Shown here: one piece after another, positions 40,752-41,538 of the stretch
Position numbering within the stretch: position 1 is the first letter of the stretch
Layout: every line of letters starts with the position of its first letter
Source: Chrysochromulina tobinii
Lineage: Eukaryota
Assembly (NCBI GenBank): GCA_001275005.1
Contig: JWZX01003220.1
Coordinates: forward strand, 1-41,538
DNA length: 41,538 bases
Reading direction: 5' to 3'
The notes under the pieces: model-generated
Told to the model about the DNA's origin: nothing
The model's database searches: none
Seen by the model: the letters and a program-made list of their open reading frames with translations, nothing else
Made by a program: the position numbers and the translations under genes

Positions 40752-41146
40752 TATCTCTCTCCTTCTCCGCCCACCCTTTCCTACCCCGTTGGCTACAGGG
40801 GTACTCGGTTGCGCTGGTTTAGGTACTTGTGTGTGTCGACTAATTAGCTTGCTTGATTCCCCACAGCGTGGAGCGTGAGTCGTCTGTTTACTTGTGTGTG
40901 GTGTGTGAACGTTAACACGACAGACGCGACAACCGGTGCTACGGCACTGTTCTTGAGGGAATGCCCCCCATCTGCTATTTGTTTCTTGCGTGTTGAGGAA
41001 CACAAAGATTGTAGGTTGTGTGACATTACAGTAGGGGAAATGTAATTTCAACCTTCGGACTCTCGGAATCCTAAACCTCTTGGCCTTGGGGGCCTTTCGG
41101 GGCCGGGATTGGAATTAGGAATCTGGGAATTAGCCAAGGTTAGCGA

Positions 41147-41538
41147 GTTTGCAAGGAGCGCTGGGGGCCGGAAGTGGAATCGGGAATTTCGGAATCCTGG
41201 GTTTGCAAGGAGCGCTGGGGGCCGGAAGTGGAATCGGGAATTTCGGAATCCTGGGTTTGCAAGGAGCGCTGGGGGCCGGAAGTGGAATCGGGAATTTCGG
41301 AATCCTCTTGGGTTTGCAAGGAGCGCTGGGGGCTGGAAGTGGAATCGGGAATTTCGGAATCCTAAGTTTGCAAGGAGCGCTGGGGGCCGGAATTAGGCCG
41401 GAAGTGGAATCGGGAATTTCGGAATCCTGGGTTTGCAGGTTTGCAAGGACAGCGCTGGGGGCCGGAAGTGGAATCGGGAATTTCGGAATCCTGGGTTTGC
41501 AAGGAGCGCTGGGGGCCGGAAGTGGAATCGGGAATTTC
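41147..41538. repeat. 54-bp tandem satellite running off the end of the window
   Basis: About 7 copies of GTTTGCAAGGAGCGCTGGGGGCCGGAAGTGGAATCGGGAATTTCGGAATCCTGG with small indels and no unique spacers. Confidence 0.95.

Noticed and set aside
39699..40847. 382-aa plus-strand ORF
   Set aside because: It is antisense to the more protein-like minus-strand ORF, lacks an ATG start and runs through a microsatellite.
41147..41538. CRISPR array, or the coding ORFs 41109-41396 and 41174-41365
   Set aside because: The units are head-to-tail with no unique spacers, there are no cas genes and the context is eukaryotic. The ORFs are translations of the satellite.
1..41538. Prokaryotic operon or defence-island interpretation
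   Set aside because: Spliceosomal introns, LIN54, poly-Q tracts and plastid/mitochondrial targeting peptides indicate a eukaryotic nuclear genome. No Shine-Dalgarno or operon structure is evident.

Overview
GC-rich, gene-dense eukaryotic nuclear DNA. It is most likely from a haptophyte alga (Chrysochromulina-like); this is inferred from spliceosomal introns, signal-peptide plus twin-arginine lumen presequences and an MGDG synthase, and is not confirmed. About 18 protein genes can be supported: a 5'-truncated HEPN-motif protein, a ChaN-family protein, a PAQR/HlyIII protein, a UBA-like protein, a CLC channel, a large EF-hand-like protein, a membrane-anchored AIG1-like GTPase, a processive GT2 synthase, an HMG-box/poly-Q protein, an Ala/Gln-rich protein, LIN54/tesmin (CRC), MGDG synthase, an ShKT-sulfotransferase-like protein, a SAM methyltransferase, a mitochondrial AAA+ ATPase, a 4-TM protein, a DCC1-like fusion and a small NLS protein. 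There is also a decayed MORN gene and a terminal 54-bp satellite. The most striking feature is the introns. Unrelated genes share intron families built from tandem 10-12 nt repeats, most containing the branch-point-like motif CTGAT. Several introns begin with a copy of the downstream exon start, as part of a 15-31 nt junction duplication. Two loci have intron units stacked back to back. This pattern suggests an active introner-like intron-gain system. No rRNA, tRNA or CRISPR array was found.
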